Assembly (NCBI GenBank): GCA_016926735.1 | Contig: JAFGOA010000233.1 | Location: 1 to 11,423 of the forward strand | Direction: 5' to 3' | From: Promethearchaeota archaeon | GTDB lineage: Archaea; Asgardarchaeota; Lokiarchaeia; Sigyniarchaeales; SOKP01 | Length of the DNA: 11,423 nucleotides | Part shown: piece after piece, positions 8,128 to 11,423 of the stretch | How the letters are laid out: each line of letters opens with the position of its first letter | Position numbering within the stretch: position 1 is the first letter of the stretch | Translations under genes and position numbers: made by a program | Notes under the pieces: model-generated | Told to the model about the DNA's origin: nothing | Databases searched by the model: none | Seen by the model: the letters and a program-made list of their open reading frames with translations, nothing else

Positions 8128-9816
8128 ATGAAAGAAGAAGCTTTTAATACAATTTTAGATGATATATCTAAAGAACTCTCAAATAATACTAGCGAAAAAG
8201 TAATTTATCATGATTATTATAAATTTAGAATATCATATCTTTTCGATACCAATCATAAGGTTCTATTCCTATTTATTACCGGATTAACAGATAATTTTGA
8301 TAGCATTCAAAAAGAATTAAAAAAATGCAAAAAGGAATTTATAAATCTGTTTGGAGATATTATTCAACATAAATTTGATACTAAAACCTTTGAGGTTTTT
8401 GATCCTACTGTAGATGCAATTCATAGGAGTCTTAGACCAAAAATATCTTTAATAGGATTCTCAGGGGTAGGAAAAACAACAATAACACGATTAATAAAAG
8501 CAGAAGAGATTCCTATGCAACATGTTCCAACAATAACGGGAGATATCGCAACAATTAAAATAGGAAAATTACATTTTCATCTGTGGGATTTTGCTGGTCA
8601 GGAGCAATTTAGTTATTTATGGTCTAATTTTATAAAAGGAAGTGATGCTGCTTTGCTTATAACAGATTCTTCAATGGAAAATGTTGAAAAAAGTAAATTT
8701 TTCTTAGATTTAATAAGGGAACAAGCGCCTCATGCTCACTCAGCTGTTATTGCAAATAAACAAGATCTTCCAAAATCTATGACTCCCGAACAAATTGAAG
8801 GAGAATTAGGATTAAAAGCCTATTCTATGGTTGCAATAGAAGAAGATAATCGAGACAAAATGATTAAAATTATTGCAGATGTTTTAGAAATGAACACATC
8901 AATATCTCCACTATTAAAACCCCTCTTAGAAAGAGACAATAAAATTAGAGAGGCACAAATGGCATTAGAAAATGCTCAATTTGATCATGCAATTGAATTG
9001 TTTGAAAAAATTAGTGATTTGTGCATTGATTTAGGTGATGATAGCCTTAGTAAAGAATTTTATGAAAAAGCACAGAAAATTAATGCAATGCTAACAAAAG
9101 CTAGTAAAACTAAGGAGGTTGTAAAAGAGCAACCTGTTGAGGTTGAAGATACAAAACTCAAAGAAGCAACAATTAAAAAAGAGAAAAAAGTAAAAATCGA
9201 AGAAAATCTAAAACCAATGGTTAAACCATTGCCAAATTCAAAGAGTGAATCTTTAGAAAAAGATACAACATCTGAAATGATAAATGTTGAAGATAATCAG
9301 ATAAAGAACGATATACCTCTCGATGATAATATAAAAGGATTGGATATAAATCCAGAAGATTTTATGGTGAAAGAGCGTCCCAAACAAGTTTTAAGTGTTC
9401 CTAAAGATGCAAAGAATAAATTGAGGACTTCTTCATACGGACATGTGATGAATCCTACAGAAACTTCAGCTAAAGATAAAAAGGTTTCAGAAGATAAAGT
9501 ATCTGTTGCCCCAACTATAAATGATTCTGATACAATAGATAATAAAATAGAAAACTTAGAAGAAATTAAAGAAGAAGATGAAACTCTCGTTTCTCCAGAA
9601 TTGAAAGAAGATAGAAAAAGAAATCTGGAAAAAGACTTGATGGATCTTAGGGTAAAAAAAGCACAAATTTCAAAAATGGAATTGGATTTTGAGATAAAAG
9701 AATTATCTGGTGAAATAACTACAGAAGAACTCAATGAGAAAAAACAAAGAATTGAAGAAATAAAAAAAGATATTAATAAGCAAATTGAGGAACTTGAAAA
9801 ACTTATTAAAGTATAA
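8128..9816 (+). CDS. Multidomain Ras-superfamily small GTPase (Arf/Rag-like): N-terminal longin domain, GTPase, TPR/MIT-like helices, low-complexity linker, C-terminal coiled coil; true start probably about 8062
   Basis: G1 GFSGVGKT (8455-8478), G2 HVPTI, G3 WDFAGQ, G4 NKQD, degenerate G5 SMVA. The N-terminal YKFRISYLFD..HKVLFLFITGLTD....IQKELKKCKKEFINLF pattern is longin-like. Confidence 0.9.
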   Translation: MKEEAFNTILDDISKELSNNTSEKVIYHDYYKFRISYLFDTNHKVLFLFITGLTDNFDSIQKELKKCKKEFINLFGDIIQHKFDTKTFEVFDPTVDAIHRSLRPKISLIGFSGVGKTTITRLIKAEEIPMQHVPTITGDIATIKIGKLHFHLWDFAGQEQFSYLWSNFIKGSDAALLITDSSMENVEKSKFFLDLIREQAPHAHSAVIANKQDLPKSMTPEQIEGELGLKAYSMVAIEEDNRDKMIKIIADVLEMNTSISPLLKPLLERDNKIREAQMALENAQFDHAIELFEKISDLCIDLGDDSLSKEFYEKAQKINAMLTKASKTKEVVKEQPVEVEDTKLKEATIKKEKKVKIEENLKPMVKPLPNSKSESLEKDTTSEMINVEDNQIKNDIPLDDNIKGLDINPEDFMVKERPKQVLSVPKDAKNKLRTSSYGHVMNPTETSAKDKKVSEDKVSVAPTINDSDTIDNKIENLEEIKEEDETLVSPELKEDRKRNLEKDLMDLRVKKAQISKMELDFEIKELSGEITTEELNEKKQRIEEIKKDINKQIEELEKLIKV

Positions 9817-9834
9817 TAGAATCAAACTAATGAA

Positions 9835-10707
9835 TCAGAGTATATTTAATAAATATTTATCGGGAACTTTTGCTTCTCCAATTATTATGTCTTTTTTATT
9901 ACCATGATAATCTGAACCTCCTGATTTTATTAATTTATAGTCATTAGCAATTTTATTAAAGTATTCTGGTAACGATTTTAAAGCCCATTCTGCTTTATTT
10001 GTACCAAAATAGGGTCGATTTTTATCATATGTGTATTGTATTTCAATTCCTTTAATACCTGCTTGAATACATAACTGAATGAATTTTTTTTTATTAACAA
10101 CATTATATATCCCGGGATGAGCTAATATTGGAATACCTCCAGTATTACTAATTAGTTCTATTGATTCTTCAAGAGTAAATTCAAATTCACGATCAACATA
10201 TGCTTTTCCACCTAAACTTATCATCTTAAAAAGTTCGTTTTTTGTTTTATTTTTTACTTTTGTTGGATTATTCTTTATCAATACATCCACAATATGAGGA
10301 CGACCAATAGAAGAAGATTTAGCTATGTTTTTTACTTCTTCAAATGAGATATCATATCCAAATTCTTCATTTAATCTTTTACAGATTTCCTTTTTTTGAT
10401 TCTGTCTTCCTTCTTTTTGTAATTTTATCTTTTTATTTAATATGTTTGCATTATGATCAATATTTAGTCCAATAATATGTACATCTTTTATATCTCTTTT
10501 AAGATCATGTTTAATGGATATTTCAATCCCAGAGATAACAATAATTTTCTTATCTTCACCATATTGAAGAAATTCTTTTATTCCATCGATAGTATCATGG
10601 TCTGTGAGAGCAATAGCTTTTAATTTCTTTTCTGAAGCAAGATCAATAATATAAGATGGAGAATCTATTCCGTCGGAAGCTTCAGAATGTAAATGGAGAT
10701 CTATCAT
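9835..10707 (-). CDS. PHP-domain metal-dependent phosphoesterase (TrpH/YciV-like)
   Basis: DLHLHSEASDG, ALTDHDT, GIEIS, VHIIG, GRPHI, LAHPG, GGSDYHG. Confidence 0.93.
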   Translation of the reverse strand: MIDLHLHSEASDGIDSPSYIIDLASEKKLKAIALTDHDTIDGIKEFLQYGEDKKIIVISGIEISIKHDLKRDIKDVHIIGLNIDHNANILNKKIKLQKEGRQNQKKEICKRLNEEFGYDISFEEVKNIAKSSSIGRPHIVDVLIKNNPTKVKNKTKNELFKMISLGGKAYVDREFEFTLEESIELISNTGGIPILAHPGIYNVVNKKKFIQLCIQAGIKGIEIQYTYDKNRPYFGTNKAEWALKSLPEYFNKIANDYKLIKSGGSDYHGNKKDIIIGEAKVPDKYLLNIL

Positions 10708-10835
10708 TTATATAATCTTTTATTATATTCTCTCTATCTAATAATTTTATCTAAATTGATACAAATAGTAGAATTTAAATAAAAATTAAAGCAAAACTAT
10801 TGAATTTAAGAAAAATGAAAAGATAAAAGCTCTAG

Positions 10836-11255
10836 CTATTTAATTATATCTGTTATAAAACAGGTTTCCATAATTTTTACACCTTTTATTGGAGAGATTT
10901 TATCCTCAATTAAAGGATTAAAATCTTCAATTGTTGGGATTTCAACTTTTATAAAAAGTCCACAATCTCCACTTAACCTCCAAATATCCGTAATTTCATT
11001 GATATTTCTTAGTTCTTTCAATATATTTTTCATCTCCTTAAAATCAGGTTCAATTTTTACAGTTGCTTTGGTCTTTGGTTTTGAGTCAACTTGATATTCA
11101 ATAGTAAATTTCTTAATAACTCCATTTTTAATAAGTCGATTTACTCTTCTTCTAACTGTAGCTTCTGTCTTTCCTATATTTTCAGAGATTTCATTATATG
11201 ATTTTCTCCCATCATCTTTAAGTTCCTCCAGAATTTTAAGATCTATAACATCCAT
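10836..11255 (-). CDS. Lrp/AsnC family transcriptional regulator
   Basis: N-terminal HTH D..DLKILEELKDDGRKSYNEISENIGKTEATVRRRVNRLIKNGVIKKF, plus a C-terminal RAM domain (WRLSGDCGLFIKV). Confidence 0.93.
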   Translation of the reverse strand: MDVIDLKILEELKDDGRKSYNEISENIGKTEATVRRRVNRLIKNGVIKKFTIEYQVDSKPKTKATVKIEPDFKEMKNILKELRNINEITDIWRLSGDCGLFIKVEIPTIEDFNPLIEDKISPIKGVKIMETCFITDIIK

Positions 11256-11262
11256 TGTTTTA

Positions 11263-11267
11263 CTCCT
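11263..11267 (-). promoter_or_regulatory. Shine-Dalgarno (AGGAG) of the Lrp gene
   Basis: AGGAG lies on the minus strand 7 nt upstream of the ATG at 11255. Confidence 0.6.
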
Positions 11268-11423
11268 TTATAATTTATTAAAATTAGAAATACTATTTTA
11301 CCAAAATAAAAACATTTTCTTTAGTAAAAAAATAAAAAAAAAGTATTAAAATTTTTCATTTCAATATTAAAAACATTATTTATGTTTCGAAAAAAAGATG
11401 TTTAATATAGAATTATGAAAAAA

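Noticed and set aside
9297-9734. 145-aa Ser/Phe-rich minus-strand ORF
   Set aside because: Its composition mirrors the GAA/AAA/GAT-rich linker codons on the sense strand.

Overview
This is a very AT-rich archaeal window, most likely from an Asgard archaeon (Lokiarchaeia/Promethearchaeota). That assignment is inferred from gene content: a roadblock gene beside a longin-small GTPase gene, a UPF0280 gene, an Lrp gene and a GGTGA ribosome-binding site. From left to right it contains five parts. (1) A decayed, non-autonomous IS200/IS605 (IS1341-type) element. Its left-end hairpin is visible, and its tnpB pseudogene reads in one frame through two nonsense codons and runs off the window edge. The RuvC motifs look like the rearranged, Fanzor-like type. 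(2) A surface-glycosylation cluster: two NAD-dependent sugar epimerases, a polytopic GT-C-like membrane protein and a DPM1-like GT2. (3) A UPF0280/ApbE-like gene. (4) A two-gene module of eukaryotic-signature proteins: a roadblock/MglB-like protein followed by a multidomain protein (longin + Arf/Rag-like small GTPase + TPR/MIT-like helices + disordered linker + C-terminal coiled-coil hairpin). The longin domain clearly begins 22 codons upstream of the first ATG, at an ATT codon behind a perfect SD. (5) A PHP phosphoesterase and an Lrp/AsnC regulator. I saw no rRNA, tRNA or CRISPR array. All calls rest on motif recognition by eye, without database searches.
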